A DNA stretch of 64,000 nt, from assembly GCA_965216735.1 (NCBI GenBank), contig OZ244198.1, positions 1,525,628-1,589,627 of the forward strand. The letters are read 5' to 3'. Positions 49,174-60,619 of the stretch are shown in pieces. The translations under genes were made by a program, and so were the position numbers. Below the pieces are notes generated by a model. It did no database searches and had not been told where the DNA came from. It saw nothing but the letters and a program-made list of their open reading frames with translations. This DNA comes from Arenicellales bacterium (GTDB taxonomy: Bacteria > Pseudomonadota > Gammaproteobacteria > Arenicellales > CBDCFT01). Numbering within the stretch: the first letter of the stretch is position 1; each line of letters opens with the position of its first letter.

Positions 49174-51453
49174 ATGAAAGCATTTATGCTTGCTTGTGTT
49201 CTTGCATTGCCGTTAGTTGCGAATGCACTGGAACCTTTTATTATTTCCGATATTCGTGTGGATGGTCTGGAACGGATCGAACCGGGGACGGTGTTTAATT
49301 ATTTACCGCTTAAAGTCGGTGACGAAGTCAACGATGAAGCGGCGGAAGAATCCATCAAGGTGTTATTCAAAACCGGCTTCTTTAACGATGTGCAATTGAA
49401 CCGTGATGGCGATGTTCTGGTGGTAGTGGTGGAGGAACGTCCTTCCATCGCCAGCATTGAATTTGAAGGGAATGATGAATTTAAAGACGACGTGTTGACC
49501 GAAGGGATGGAACAGGCGGGTTTTGCCGAAGGGCGCATTTACAACCAATCGGCCTTGGACAAGGTAGTACAAGATTTAAAAAATCAATATTTTAACCTTG
49601 GTCGTTACTCCGCCAGTGTTGACACCGAGGTGACCCCGTTAGAACGCAATCGTGTCGCCATCACTTTCAACATCGATGAAGGGGTTGTTGCGAAGATCAA
49701 AAAGATTTCCATAGTTGGCAATGAGGCGTTCGAAGATAAGAAATTACTCAAACGCTTTAATCTCTCGACAAAAAAAGTATTCAATTTTTTATTCAAAAAA
49801 GACCAGTACTCCAAACAAAAGCTTGAAGCTGATCTGGAAACCTTGCGCAGTTTCTATCAGGACCAGGGTTATCTCGAATTCAAAATTGAATCCACTCAGG
49901 TCTCGATATCGGATAATCGGCAAGATATTTTTATTACCATTGCCTTGAACGAGGGTGATTTGTTTACGGTCGGCGATATCAGAGTGGAAGCCACAGACAC
50001 CGTGCCTGCAGAAGAGCTAGAGGCATTGCTTAATCTTGGGCCGGGTGACGTGTTTTCGCGCAAAGCGGTATCTGAGAGCCGGGCGGCCATTACCGATAGA
50101 CTCGCCAACGATGGTTATGCCTTTGCCAATGTAAATGCGATACCGGATATCGATAGAGAAAATAAAACAGTATCGTTTGCTTTTGCTATTGATATAGGTC
50201 GGCGTGTCTATGTACGCAGAATTAATATTAGTGGTAACTTGGCTACACGGGATGAAGTTCTTCGACGCGAACTCAGACAGTTTGAAGGCGCATGGTATTC
50301 GGCCGAGGACATTCAACGTTCTCGTGTGCGGTTGCAACGGCTTGGCTTTTTTGAAGATGTTCGAATCGAGACACCGCAGGTGCCTGGCACCAACGATCAA
50401 GTCGATCTGGAAGTCGTCGTCAAAGAACGCTCCACCGGCACTTTCCTGTTCGGTGTCGGTTTTTCCGATGAAGATGGCGTGTTGCTACAGGCTAATATAT
50501 CCCAAGATAACTTGTTCGGGTCAGGTAAAGAGCTTGAAGTCGATATCAATACATCGGATGTGTCCCGCGTTGTCAGCATCGGCTACAAAAACCCTTACTA
50601 CACTTTGAATGGCATTAGCCGTGGATTCAGAATTTCAAGCCGCCGGATTGATGCAGCCGAAGCCGATACGGCGGAATTTATTGCTGAAACTGAGTTATTG
50701 GGGCTTGAATATCAGATCCCACTGAGTGAATTCAATTCGATTAACTTTGGTATTGCTGGAGAGCGAATTGATTTGACGACCACCCCTGAAACACCACCTG
50801 AATTCGAAGATTTTATTTCACAGAATCCGGAAAGCGATAATTTCAAATTTACGACTAGTTGGTCGCTAGATACTCGTGACAGCATTATCTATCCGACGAT
50901 AGGGTTTCTGCGCCGTTTCTCACTGGAAGCGACCTTGCCGGGAAGTGACTTGACTTATTACAAGACGACGGGTCGTGTATCATGGTTTAGACCGTTGTCT
51001 CAACGATTTGTCCTAAGACTGGGCGGTGAATTGGGTTATGGTGACGGCTTTGACGAACTGGAAGTTCTGCCGTTTTTTGAAAATTTCTTTGCCGGCGGAC
51101 CGAATAGTGTGCGTGGCTTCGATTCTCGTTCGCTGGGGCCGCTGGATTCGGGAGAAACACCTGAACCGACCGGTGGTAGCGCCCGATTTTTGGCTAATGT
51201 TGAGGTCCTTACACCGTTTCCGGGATCCGAGGATGCAAAAGATAAACGAGTCGGGTTCTTTATCGATGCCGGGCAGGTGTATTCCGAAGCTGACGGTATT
51301 GACCTGGGCGAGTTGCGTTACTCCGCAGGTATTGCGTTTTACTGGTTTTCACCCGTCGGGCCGCTTACTATTAGCGTTGCCCAAGCGATCAACGATGAAC
51401 CGGGTGATGATACCGAAAGCGTACAATTTTCACTCGGAACGCTTTTCCGGTAA
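49174..51453 (+). CDS. bamA: Outer membrane protein assembly factor BamA
   Basis: Signal peptide, five POTRA repeats, a C-terminal Omp85 barrel and a terminal ...SLGTLFR. Confidence 0.95.
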   Translation: MKAFMLACVLALPLVANALEPFIISDIRVDGLERIEPGTVFNYLPLKVGDEVNDEAAEESIKVLFKTGFFNDVQLNRDGDVLVVVVEERPSIASIEFEGNDEFKDDVLTEGMEQAGFAEGRIYNQSALDKVVQDLKNQYFNLGRYSASVDTEVTPLERNRVAITFNIDEGVVAKIKKISIVGNEAFEDKKLLKRFNLSTKKVFNFLFKKDQYSKQKLEADLETLRSFYQDQGYLEFKIESTQVSISDNRQDIFITIALNEGDLFTVGDIRVEATDTVPAEELEALLNLGPGDVFSRKAVSESRAAITDRLANDGYAFANVNAIPDIDRENKTVSFAFAIDIGRRVYVRRINISGNLATRDEVLRRELRQFEGAWYSAEDIQRSRVRLQRLGFFEDVRIETPQVPGTNDQVDLEVVVKERSTGTFLFGVGFSDEDGVLLQANISQDNLFGSGKELEVDINTSDVSRVVSIGYKNPYYTLNGISRGFRISSRRIDAAEADTAEFIAETELLGLEYQIPLSEFNSINFGIAGERIDLTTTPETPPEFEDFISQNPESDNFKFTTSWSLDTRDSIIYPTIGFLRRFSLEATLPGSDLTYYKTTGRVSWFRPLSQRFVLRLGGELGYGDGFDELEVLPFFENFFAGGPNSVRGFDSRSLGPLDSGETPEPTGGSARFLANVEVLTPFPGSEDAKDKRVGFFIDAGQVYSEADGIDLGELRYSAGIAFYWFSPVGPLTISVAQAINDEPGDDTESVQFSLGTLFR

Positions 51454-51477
51454 TAATATTATTGAGCGAACGAATCG

Positions 51478-51990
51478 ATGAAACTTATGTTCCAAATTGC
51501 AAAAATTTGCCTAAGCAGTCTATTTTTGTTTGTTTCCACCGTTGCTGCACAAGAAGCCAAGATTGGTTATGTGGATGCCAACAAGATACTGGAAGAAGCG
51601 CCCCAAAGTAAGGCCGCCATACAGGCTTTGGAGGACGAGTTTCGTCCGCGGGAAACTGAATTGCGGGCGCTCAGAGACCGCATTACCCAAGCCGAGAGTG
51701 AATTGGACAAGAATTCCCTGGTAATGAGTGAAGAGGACCGTGAACAACGTGGCCGTGAACTCATAGACATGCGGCGAAAACTTAAACGTGAGCAAGAAGA
51801 AATGCGCGAAGATTATAATTTGCGACGCAATCAGGAGCTGGGAAAGCTGCAACAAGTGGTCAGCAACCGAATCATTGAAATTGCAAAAGAAGATGGATTC
51901 GATATTATTTTTCAACAAGCGGTGTGGGCCAGCAAACGCATTGACATCACTGACAAGGTATTGGAAAAACTAGAAGCCGAAAATAATTGA
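51478..51990 (+). CDS. skp: Periplasmic chaperone Skp (OmpH)
   Basis: Signal peptide, coiled-coil-rich, 170 aa. It occupies the bamA-skp-lpxD position. Confidence 0.85.
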   Translation: MKLMFQIAKICLSSLFLFVSTVAAQEAKIGYVDANKILEEAPQSKAAIQALEDEFRPRETELRALRDRITQAESELDKNSLVMSEEDREQRGRELIDMRRKLKREQEEMREDYNLRRNQELGKLQQVVSNRIIEIAKEDGFDIIFQQAVWASKRIDITDKVLEKLEAENN

Positions 51991-52051
51991 ACCGTCAAAG
52001 GTTTGACAGCGTGGAATTTGACTTTGAGGTGGCGGTAACACGGCTGTGCGA

Positions 52052-53077
52052 ATGACGCTGGCGGAACTGGCGGAGTATATAAACGGGGAGGTCAAGGGTA
52101 ACCCTTCATGGAATATTGATCATGTAGCCAGTGTGACAAGCGCAAGCGAAAACGCGGTTACGTTTTTCGTGAACCATCGTGCACTTGATGACCTGCATAA
52201 TACAAAAGCAGGAGCGGTGCTGATTGCCAAAGAGTTTATCAATGAGTGCCCACGTAACAGCGTCGTTGTTGGTAGTCCCTACGCCGCCTTCGCTAAAGTG
52301 GCCGAACTACTGCATCCACGATCATCTGTTTCTCCCGGCGTCCATGTTAACGCAGTGATTAACGATTCGGCGCAAGTCGCTGATACCGCGTCAATTGGGC
52401 CGTTTTGTTTCATTGCGGATGACGCAATAATAGGTGAGCGCACGATTCTCGGTGCGCATTGTACGGTCGGTGAAGGGGCGACAATCGGTGACGACTGTCT
52501 GTTACATGAGCGTGTAACCGTATGCGATAAATCCGTTTTGGGGCACCGTTGCAATATCATGCCCGGTGCAGTAGTAGGCGCAGATGGTTTCGGTTACGCC
52601 GAGGAAGATGATAACTGGTTGAAAATTCCACAACTTGGGAGGGTCATCGTCGGCGATGATGTGGATATTGGCGCCAATACCACCATTGATCGCGGTTCTT
52701 TGGATGATACATGCATTGGTCATGGTGTGAAGTTAGATAACCAAATACAAATCGCACACAATGTACAGATCGGCGAACACACCATCATGGCGGGTTGTGC
52801 GGCCGTAGCCGGCAGCGCCAAAATTGGAAAGCGTTGCCGCTTTGGCGGTCGAGCTTCCATACTTGGCCACTTAACAATCGCTGATGATGTCCATGTCACT
52901 GCTACCAGTGTTGTCACCCGTAGTATTTCCAAACCGGGTATTTATTCATCCACGTTGGCAGTGCAGGAAAACTGTCGCTGGCGCAAAGTAGCCGGGCGTT
53001 TACACCGGCTTAACGAGTTGGCGGAGCGGGTGCGCAAACTGGAAAAAACTACTCATAACCGGCAAGCAGGAGAATAG
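52052..53077 (+). CDS. lpxD: UDP-3-O-acylglucosamine N-acyltransferase
   Basis: [17 protein letters not shown]-terminus and a left-handed beta-helix hexapeptide region. The ORF is also open from a GTG at 52046. Confidence 0.94.
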   Translation: MTLAELAEYINGEVKGNPSWNIDHVASVTSASENAVTFFVNHRALDDLHNTKAGAVLIAKEFINECPRNSVVVGSPYAAFAKVAELLHPRSSVSPGVHVNAVINDSAQVADTASIGPFCFIADDAIIGERTILGAHCTVGEGATIGDDCLLHERVTVCDKSVLGHRCNIMPGAVVGADGFGYAEEDDNWLKIPQLGRVIVGDDVDIGANTTIDRGSLDDTCIGHGVKLDNQIQIAHNVQIGEHTIMAGCAAVAGSAKIGKRCRFGGRASILGHLTIADDVHVTATSVVTRSISKPGIYSSTLAVQENCRWRKVAGRLHRLNELAERVRKLEKTTHNRQAGE

Positions 53078-53079
53078 TT

Positions 53080-53523
53080 TTGCCAAGTATTGACATTCAC
53101 GATATACGCAAATACCTGCCACATCGATATCCGTTTTTATTGATCGACCGCGTGATCGAATACGTACCTGACGAATCCCTCTGGGCAATAAAAAATGTCA
53201 CCGCCAACGAACCTTTTTTTCAGGGGCATTTCCCAAGCCGACCGGTCATGCCGGGCGTTATGATCCTTGAGGCCATGGCGCAGGCATCCGCGATTCTGGC
53301 TAGCGTCAGCCTCGGCGAACAAGCCAGCGACAATCGAATCTATCTTTTTGCGGGTGTAGATAACGCCCGTTTTAAACGGCAAGTAGAACCCGGTGATCAG
53401 TTGCAAATTGGTGTTCAGTTATTGCGTAAACGGAAAAGTGTTTGGCGTTGTGGAACCGAGGCGCATGTAGAAGGTGAGTTAGCTTGTAGCGCAGAGTTGC
53501 TGTTTACTTACCAGGATTTATAA
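53080..53523 (+). CDS. fabZ: 3-hydroxyacyl-ACP dehydratase
   Basis: [13 protein letters not shown] and FFQGHFP..PVMPGV hot-dog motifs. TTG start. Confidence 0.95.
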   Translation: MPSIDIHDIRKYLPHRYPFLLIDRVIEYVPDESLWAIKNVTANEPFFQGHFPSRPVMPGVMILEAMAQASAILASVSLGEQASDNRIYLFAGVDNARFKRQVEPGDQLQIGVQLLRKRKSVWRCGTEAHVEGELACSAELLFTYQDL

Positions 53524-54294
53524 ATGATCGATTCGCATGCATTGGTCGATTCCGCTGCAAACATTGCGGACGATGTTCATGTCGGTGCGTTTTCGATTAT
53601 CGAGGCGGATGTTCAAATCGGCGCCGGTACCCGGATCGGCCCGCATGTCGTTATACGTGGCGGCACCCGGATCGGTGAACAAAATAAAATTTATCAGTTT
53701 TGCTCTATCGGCGAGGCGCCACAATACTCTGGTTACAAGGGTGAACCTACTACACTAACGATCGGCGATCGTAACATCATACGCGAATACTGCACGTTAA
53801 ACCGCGGTACCCCCGTGGGTGGCGGTATCACCACAATCGGTGACGATAATTTCATTATGGCTTATGTGCACGTAGCACATGATTGTTTGATCGGTAACAA
53901 TACCATTTTCGCCAATGGTGCCAGCCTTGCCGGCCACATATCCGTCGGCGACCACGCTATTTTAGGTGGGTTTACGCTGGTTCACCAATTTTGCCGTATC
54001 GGAGCACACTGCATCACCGGCGTGGGAACCGTATGTCTCAAAGATATTCCACCCTATGTCGTAGTTGCCGGTAATTCGGCCAGACCCCATGGCATAAACA
54101 CTAAAGGTTTACGTCGTCGTCATTTTTCTGACGAAACCATCAGAACTTTAAAGCATTGTTACCGGGTAATGTGCCGATCTAACCTCGATCTGGAAAACGC
54201 TATCAAGCACTTACAACCCTATGCGGAAAAAAATCAAGACGCCAAGAATTTTGTGGAATTTTTCAAACGTTCCCAACGTGGCGTAGTACGGTAA
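53524..54294 (+). CDS. lpxA: Acyl-ACP--UDP-N-acetylglucosamine O-acyltransferase
   Basis: Hexapeptide repeats, with the HVAHDC catalytic His region. 256 aa. Confidence 0.95.
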   Translation: MIDSHALVDSAANIADDVHVGAFSIIEADVQIGAGTRIGPHVVIRGGTRIGEQNKIYQFCSIGEAPQYSGYKGEPTTLTIGDRNIIREYCTLNRGTPVGGGITTIGDDNFIMAYVHVAHDCLIGNNTIFANGASLAGHISVGDHAILGGFTLVHQFCRIGAHCITGVGTVCLKDIPPYVVVAGNSARPHGINTKGLRRRHFSDETIRTLKHCYRVMCRSNLDLENAIKHLQPYAEKNQDAKNFVEFFKRSQRGVVR

Positions 54295-54353
54295 ATCGTG
54301 GCCAATGTTCGGCTTAGTGTGCTTGTCAATGTTAGTGTAATGCAGAACCGTCC

Positions 54354-55493
54354 ATGCGAATAGGCGTGGTCGCCGGAGAAACGTCCGGAGACACGTTGGG
54401 TGCAGGATTAATAGAAGCGCTACAAAAAAAATACCCCGATATTTGTTTTAGCGGCGTCGGCGGCCCCAAAATGAAAGCACTGGGGGTGCAACTTCTTTAT
54501 CCTATGGAACGGATATCTATCATGGGACTGGACGGGTTATTCGAAAACCTCTTGCCCATTCTGAAAATTCGCCGTCATGTCAAGCGGTTTTTTGTCGACG
54601 AACGCATCGATGCTTTTGTTGGTGTCGATGTTCCTGATTTTAATCTTGGCCTCGAACTGGCCTTGCGCAAACACGGTATACCTACTATTCACTATGTGAG
54701 CCCAACCGTGTGGGCCTGGCGCAGTTATCGTATCCATAAAATCCGTCGTGCCGTAGATCACATGCTGACTTTGTTTCCGTTCGAGGCTGAGTTTTACAGT
54801 GACCACGGTATTCCGGTGACATGTGTCGGCCATCCCATGGCGGACGAAATACCAAATTCTGATCACACCCAGGAAGCGCGTTCCGCACTCGGACTGAATC
54901 ACACTCAAAAGATCGTTGCAATATTGCCGGGCAGCCGTGTACGCGAAATAGAAAAACTAGGGGCCATCTTTACAGAAGCTGGATTGTTGATCCAGGAGCG
55001 ATATCCGGATGTCCATTTTTTAGTACCCATGGCTAGTAGGGAAACCCGGCGGGCATTTCAAAATCTATGTACTTCTCAACTCCGACGTCTGTCAATCGAC
55101 ATACTGGATGGCAATGTCCGGCAGGCGGTCGCGGCTAGCGATGCCGCGGTGGTTGCGTCAGGAACTGCCGCATTGGAAACGCTGTTATTGGGCAAACCCA
55201 TGGCCGTTGCCTACCGGGTCTCGGCAATGAGTTATTGGTTTGTTCGTTGTTTTAGCGAGGTAGAACACTACAGCATGCCAAATCACCTGTTGCCAAGTGC
55301 GATGGTGCCGGAATTCATTCAACATCATGCGACGCCCACGGCACTAGCTCACGTCATCTGTGATTATTTGAATAACCCTCGGAAAGTGAGCGAGTTGCAG
55401 CGAGAATTTTCCAAGACACATGAACAATTGCGGGGCGGTGGCAGTGAACTGGCGGCACAAGTCGTTGTGGGTACAATTGCAGCGAGTGATTAA
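54354..55493 (+). CDS. lpxB: Lipid-A-disaccharide synthase
   Basis: MRIGVVAGETSGDTLGA N-terminus and YVSPTVWAWR motif. 379 aa. Confidence 0.94.
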   Translation: MRIGVVAGETSGDTLGAGLIEALQKKYPDICFSGVGGPKMKALGVQLLYPMERISIMGLDGLFENLLPILKIRRHVKRFFVDERIDAFVGVDVPDFNLGLELALRKHGIPTIHYVSPTVWAWRSYRIHKIRRAVDHMLTLFPFEAEFYSDHGIPVTCVGHPMADEIPNSDHTQEARSALGLNHTQKIVAILPGSRVREIEKLGAIFTEAGLLIQERYPDVHFLVPMASRETRRAFQNLCTSQLRRLSIDILDGNVRQAVAASDAAVVASGTAALETLLLGKPMAVAYRVSAMSYWFVRCFSEVEHYSMPNHLLPSAMVPEFIQHHATPTALAHVICDYLNNPRKVSELQREFSKTHEQLRGGGSELAAQVVVGTIAASD

Positions 55494-56097
55494 CCGTTAT
55501 GTACATATTGCCGGTATCGACGAAGTGGGGCGGGGCCCGCTGGCCGGGCCGGTGATCGCAGCGGCGGTGGTCTTGCCCCGTAAGCATTCCATTACAGGCT
55601 TGGCCGATTCAAAAACAATACCACCCAAAAAACGTGAACAATTAGCGCTCAGCATTCGAAATCAGGCGTCTGCTTGGGCATTAGGCTTCGCTACCGTAAA
55701 AGAAATCGATCAACTTAATATCCTGCAGGCGTCTTTGTTAGCAATGCGTAGAGCCGTACTGGCTTTACCTGCCGTTCCGGAATTTGCCTACGTGGATGGG
55801 CATATCCGGCCAAACCTGCCGTGCCCATGCGAAACCGTCATAAGAGGCGATGCAAGCGTGCAATGCATTTCGGCGGCCTCTATCGTTGCGAAAGTGGCAC
55901 GTGATATTTTGATGTTGCGTTATGATCGACGCTATCCCGGATACGGATTTTCCAGCAATAGGGGCTACCCCACCTCCGCACACCGGGAAGCATTGAGACA
56001 ACACGGAGTGACCCCGATACACCGGCGCAGTTTTGCACCGGTGCGCACTGTACTGGAACGGGCAAGCACCCGTTATTGTTCCTCGTTATCAGCTTGA
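55486..56097 (+). CDS. rnhB: Ribonuclease HII
   Basis: IAGIDEVGRGPLAGPV and DSK motifs. I prefer the GTG at 55486 (8-nt overlap with lpxB). The ORF is also open from 55420. Confidence 0.9.
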   Translation: MINRYVHIAGIDEVGRGPLAGPVIAAAVVLPRKHSITGLADSKTIPPKKREQLALSIRNQASAWALGFATVKEIDQLNILQASLLAMRRAVLALPAVPEFAYVDGHIRPNLPCPCETVIRGDASVQCISAASIVAKVARDILMLRYDRRYPGYGFSSNRGYPTSAHREALRQHGVTPIHRRSFAPVRTVLERASTRYCSSLSA

Positions 56098-56113
56098 ACG
56101 TTTTTTGATTAAT

Positions 56114-59100
56114 ATGGCAACTCCGTTTGTTCACTTGCAAGTGCACAGCGAATATTCGCTGATCGACGGTACTGTGCGTATTGGAGCATTGTGTGAACGT
56201 ATCCAGGAATTGGGTATGCCAGCGGTAGCCTTGACCGACGTTGCCAATACCTATGGCATGGTGAAGTTTTATCGCAAGTGTTTAGCCTACGGAATCAAAC
56301 CCATTATTGGTGTACATGCCTGGTTAAACAACGAGGACGATCGCAATCAACCGCATCGTTTGTTGTTGTTGTGCCGAAATAATCAGGGTTACCGCACACT
56401 GTGTGAATTGTTGAGCCGCGCTTATTTAAACAATTACGGAGCTGATGTGGCAACCCTGGAATTCGAATGGCTTCGGGATCGGTCGAACGGTTTTATCGCC
56501 TTGGCCGGTGGTTTAGACGGTGCCATCGGGCACGCATTGCTCAGCGGCAATCTGGAGCGGGCGAGACAACTGGCTAATCATCACCTGGAATTATTCGAGG
56601 ATAGATTTTATATCGACGTCAGCCGTACCGGACGCGAACGGGAGAATGAATATGTAAGCCTTGCTGCCCAATTGGCAGGCACACTGGATATCCCTATCGT
56701 TGCCACTAATGCCGTACAGTTTCTTACCGCTTCTGATTTTGATGCCCACGAGGTCAGAGTATGTATTAACGAGGGCCGGGTGCTGAACGACACGCGACGT
56801 CAACGTCGTTTTACCGAACAACAATATTTGCGCAGTGCCGCTGAAATGAATGCCTTGTTCGCAGATATGCCGGAAGCGCTCATGAATACGGTAGAGATTG
56901 CCAAACGTTGTAATGTGGTACTCACATTGGACAAGGATTTTTTGCCGGATTACCCGTTGGAGCAAGGGTCCACAATTGAGCAAACATTGAATGACGCGTC
57001 CGTCCGAGGTCTCATAGACAGATTGGGTGTCTGTAACAAGAATGAAATCGACAAGCAGTATCGCGAAAGATTGGATCTTGAATTGGACGTTGTCAACCGC
57101 ATGGGCTTCGCAGGTTATTTCCTTATTGTTGCGGACTTTATTCGTTGGGCGAAAGAGCATGATATTCCCGTGGGCCCGGGTCGTGGATCGGGTGCCGGAT
57201 CGTTAGTCGCATTCGCTATTGGTATTACCGAACTAGATCCCATCGACCATGGATTGTTATTTGAGCGATTTTTGAATCCGGAACGTGTATCGTTGCCGGA
57301 TTTCGATATCGATTTTTGCATGGAGGGACGCGATCGGGTGATTGAATATGTAGCTGAAAAATACGGCCGCGATCAGGTTTCCCAAATTATCACTCATGGC
57401 ACCATGGCGGCACGCGCGGTGGTACGCGATGTAGGCCGTGTCATGAGCATGCCGTATGGCTTTGTCGATACCATCGCTAAGTTGGTGCCATTCGCGGTGG
57501 GCATGACCCTGGACGATGCGTTAGAGCAAGAGCCGCTGCTCAAAGAACGCTACGATAACGAAGATGAAGTTAGAGAATGTCTGGATACCGCTCGTGCATT
57601 GGAAGGAATAGCGCGCAATGTGGGAAAGCATGCGGGTGGTGTGGTGATTTCTCCCACACCACTGACGGATTTCACACCGTTGTATTTTGAGCCGGGCATG
57701 TCGCAACCGGTGACACAACTCGATAAGGACGACCTAGAAGCTATCGGCCTGGTCAAGTTCGATTTTCTCGGCCTGCGTACCCTGACTATCATCGACCGAA
57801 CACTGCACACGGTGAATCGGCAACGGGAACAAAAAGGCGAACCGGTATTGGATTTGAATCATTTGCCCGTGAATGACGCTTCCACCTTTGATCTGATTAA
57901 ATCCGGGAAAACCACCGCACTGTTTCAGCTCGAATCCCGTGGCATGAGAGATCTGATTCAACGCTTGCAACCGGATAAATTCGATGACTTGGTTGCATTG
58001 GTTGCGTTGTTCAGACCCGGCCCCTTGCAATCCGGCATGGTCGACGATTTCATTAACCGAAAACACGGTCGGGAACGGGTAAGTTATCCACATCCCGAAC
58101 TGCAAACACTGTTACAACCCACCTATGGCGTCATTTTGTACCAGGAACAGGTGATGCAGATTGCCCAGGTGTTGGCGGGTTATTCCCTGGGTTCTGCGGA
58201 TTTATTGCGTCGCGCCATGGGTAAGAAAAAACCGGAGGAGATGGCGCATCAGCGGGTGGTGTTTCTTGAAGGTGCAAAAAAACGTGGCGTCGATCCCGAT
58301 GTTGCCACACATATCTTTAATTTGATGGAGAAATTTGCCGGCTACGGATTTAATAAATCACACTCCGCCGCCTACGCCATGATTACCTACCAGACCGCGT
58401 GGTTAAAAACCCATCACACCGCAGCGTTTATGGCGGCTGCCTTATCCAGCGACATGGATCACACTGACAAAGTGGTGACCCTAATGGCTGAATGCCGGGA
58501 TTTAGGTCTGGAGGTCATGGCGCCGGACATAAACCGTTGTCAATATCATTTCGTACCGATTAACGAGAAACAAATTCTCTATGGTCTTGGGGCAATTAAG
58601 GGTGTCGGACAATCGGCGCTGGATTCGGTGTTGACAGCCCGGGAAGCAGGGCAACCGTTTGCCGATTTATTCGATCTATGTGCGCGTATCGATAATCGTA
58701 AAGTGAACCGACGTACTTTGGAAGCCCTTATCAAGTCTGGTGGTTTGGATACATTAGGTCAACATCGTGCCGCGTTAATGACAGCTTTACCAGGCGCCAT
58801 CAATACCGCTGAACAAACATCGCAAGATATAGACGCGGGTCAGACCGACATGTTTGGTATTAGTGCACCGGCAACAGTGAAACCGGAATCTCTAGATGTT
58901 CCGGAATGGTCGGATGAACAACGCTTAGTTGGCGAGCGGGATACGTTGGGTTTGTATTTAAGCGGACATCCTTTTGACCGTCACCGCGAGGAATTGAGAC
59001 AACTGGCACGATCCTCGATTAACGATTTGAAACCGACGTCGGATCGTTCTGTATGGGTGGCCGGTTTAATTGTGGCCATACGAACTCTAAATACACAACG

Positions 59101-59620
59101 TGGAAAAAAGATGGCCTTTGTGACCATCGATGACAATACCGCGCGTATCGATATCAGCATATTGGGGGACATGTTGAATACCGAAAGACAACTTATACAT
59201 AAAGACAATGTAGTGGTCATTCACGGCCAGGTCAGTGTAGACGACTATAGTGGTGGTTTTCAGATGCGCGCTGAGAAAATTTTTGATGTAGATGGTCTGC
59301 GTTCACAATTATGTTCACAATTGATTATCGAAGTTGACGAAATCACTTTAGGGAAAGAATTAATTTCCGAAATGGCCGATTTGGTTCGACCATTTACAGG
59401 CGGAGGTTGTGAGATCATATTGTCGTACCGGCGCCAAAATGGGCAATGCGCTAATATCGTTTTGGGACCGGACTGGCGGGTAAAGCCCGTGGCAAAGCTG
59501 ATTAGTCGGGTAGAAAGTTGTTTTGGTGGTAACAAAGTCAAATTGGTTTACGATTTACACTGTCTGCGAGAAAGCGAACTGGCATCGATGCCGGAACGGC
59601 AATTCCTGGAAGCAATGTAA
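56114..59620 (+). CDS. dnaE: DNA polymerase III alpha subunit
   Basis: PHP domain FVHLQVHSEYSLIDG, palm motif GPGRGSGAGSLVAFAIGIT and an OB fold near the C-terminus. I prefer the ATG at 56114 to the ORF start at 56033, which overlaps rnhB. Confidence 0.97.
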   Translation: MATPFVHLQVHSEYSLIDGTVRIGALCERIQELGMPAVALTDVANTYGMVKFYRKCLAYGIKPIIGVHAWLNNEDDRNQPHRLLLLCRNNQGYRTLCELLSRAYLNNYGADVATLEFEWLRDRSNGFIALAGGLDGAIGHALLSGNLERARQLANHHLELFEDRFYIDVSRTGRERENEYVSLAAQLAGTLDIPIVATNAVQFLTASDFDAHEVRVCINEGRVLNDTRRQRRFTEQQYLRSAAEMNALFADMPEALMNTVEIAKRCNVVLTLDKDFLPDYPLEQGSTIEQTLNDASVRGLIDRLGVCNKNEIDKQYRERLDLELDVVNRMGFAGYFLIVADFIRWAKEHDIPVGPGRGSGAGSLVAFAIGITELDPIDHGLLFERFLNPERVSLPDFDIDFCMEGRDRVIEYVAEKYGRDQVSQIITHGTMAARAVVRDVGRVMSMPYGFVDTIAKLVPFAVGMTLDDALEQEPLLKERYDNEDEVRECLDTARALEGIARNVGKHAGGVVISPTPLTDFTPLYFEPGMSQPVTQLDKDDLEAIGLVKFDFLGLRTLTIIDRTLHTVNRQREQKGEPVLDLNHLPVNDASTFDLIKSGKTTALFQLESRGMRDLIQRLQPDKFDDLVALVALFRPGPLQSGMVDDFINRKHGRERVSYPHPELQTLLQPTYGVILYQEQVMQIAQVLAGYSLGSADLLRRAMGKKKPEEMAHQRVVFLEGAKKRGVDPDVATHIFNLMEKFAGYGFNKSHSAAYAMITYQTAWLKTHHTAAFMAAALSSDMDHTDKVVTLMAECRDLGLEVMAPDINRCQYHFVPINEKQILYGLGAIKGVGQSALDSVLTAREAGQPFADLFDLCARIDNRKVNRRTLEALIKSGGLDTLGQHRAALMTALPGAINTAEQTSQDIDAGQTDMFGISAPATVKPESLDVPEWSDEQRLVGERDTLGLYLSGHPFDRHREELRQLARSSINDLKPTSDRSVWVAGLIVAIRTLNTQRGKKMAFVTIDDNTARIDISILGDMLNTERQLIHKDNVVVIHGQVSVDDYSGGFQMRAEKIFDVDGLRSQLCSQLIIEVDEITLGKELISEMADLVRPFTGGGCEIILSYRRQNGQCANIVLGPDWRVKPVAKLISRVESCFGGNKVKLVYDLHCLRESELASMPERQFLEAM

Positions 59621-59656
59621 AAAAGTTATCTGTTAAAGTAAGCTCAATTCTTAGTT

Positions 59657-60619
59657 ATGAATCTCAATTTCCTAGAATTCGAACAACCCATCGCTGAAGT
59701 CGAAGCCAAGATTCTCGAATTAAAAAGAATTCAAAGTGATGGCGATGTCAATCTTGGCGATGAGATTGAACGGCTGGAAAAGAAAAGTCTCAAACTCACC
59801 GAGTCCATATTTTCGTCGCTTAATTCATGGCAGATCACGCAATTGGCCCGTCATCCGCAGCGGCCGTATGCCATGGACTATATTGAACGTATCACGACGG
59901 ATTTTCAGGAATTGCACGGCGATCGCATGTATGGCGATGATCACGCCATTATTGCTGGCCTGGGTCGCATCGACGGCGTTGCCGCAACCATCGTTGCGCA
60001 TCAAAAAGGACGCGACACCAAGCAAAAAGTCTTTCGCAATTTTGGCATGCCAAAACCGGAAGGTTATCGCAAGGCGGAACGTATTATGCGTTTGGCCGAG
60101 CAGTTTAAATTACCATTGATTTCCTTGATTGATACCCCCGGTGCTTATCCGGGTGTCGGCGCGGAGGAACGTGGGCAAAGCGAAGCCATCGCCAGTTGTT
60201 TGCACACCATGACTGAACTTGGGGTACCGATAATTGCCGTAGTGATTGGTGAAGGAGGGTCGGGTGGCGCCCTAGCAATCGGTGTCTGTGACCGTCTGTT
60301 GATGTTGGAGTATGCGACATATTCGGTGATCTCGCCGGAGGGGTGTGCTTCCATTTTGTGGAAAAGCGCGGACAAAGCAGCCGAAGCAGCCGAAGCTATG
60401 GGCTTGACCACTACGCGTTTGCGCGAGTTGGGGATTGTTGATGAGGTTGTCAAGGAACCTCTGGGCGGCGCCCATCGGAACACGGATGAAGCCGCGCGGT
60501 TGTTGAAAGAAGGTCTTCTATCGAGTTTGGATGCTGTCAAAGATTTGCCGACTGAACAACTTGTGCAACAGCGCTATCAACGCTTAATGAGTTTTGGGCG
60601 TTACGAAGAATCTATATGA
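59657..60619 (+). CDS. accA: Acetyl-CoA carboxylase carboxyltransferase alpha subunit
   Basis: [12 protein letters not shown]... N-terminus and [22 protein letters not shown] motif. Confidence 0.96.
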   Translation: MNLNFLEFEQPIAEVEAKILELKRIQSDGDVNLGDEIERLEKKSLKLTESIFSSLNSWQITQLARHPQRPYAMDYIERITTDFQELHGDRMYGDDHAIIAGLGRIDGVAATIVAHQKGRDTKQKVFRNFGMPKPEGYRKAERIMRLAEQFKLPLISLIDTPGAYPGVGAEERGQSEAIASCLHTMTELGVPIIAVVIGEGGSGGALAIGVCDRLLMLEYATYSVISPEGCASILWKSADKAAEAAEAMGLTTTRLRELGIVDEVVKEPLGGAHRNTDEAARLLKEGLLSSLDAVKDLPTEQLVQQRYQRLMSFGRYEESI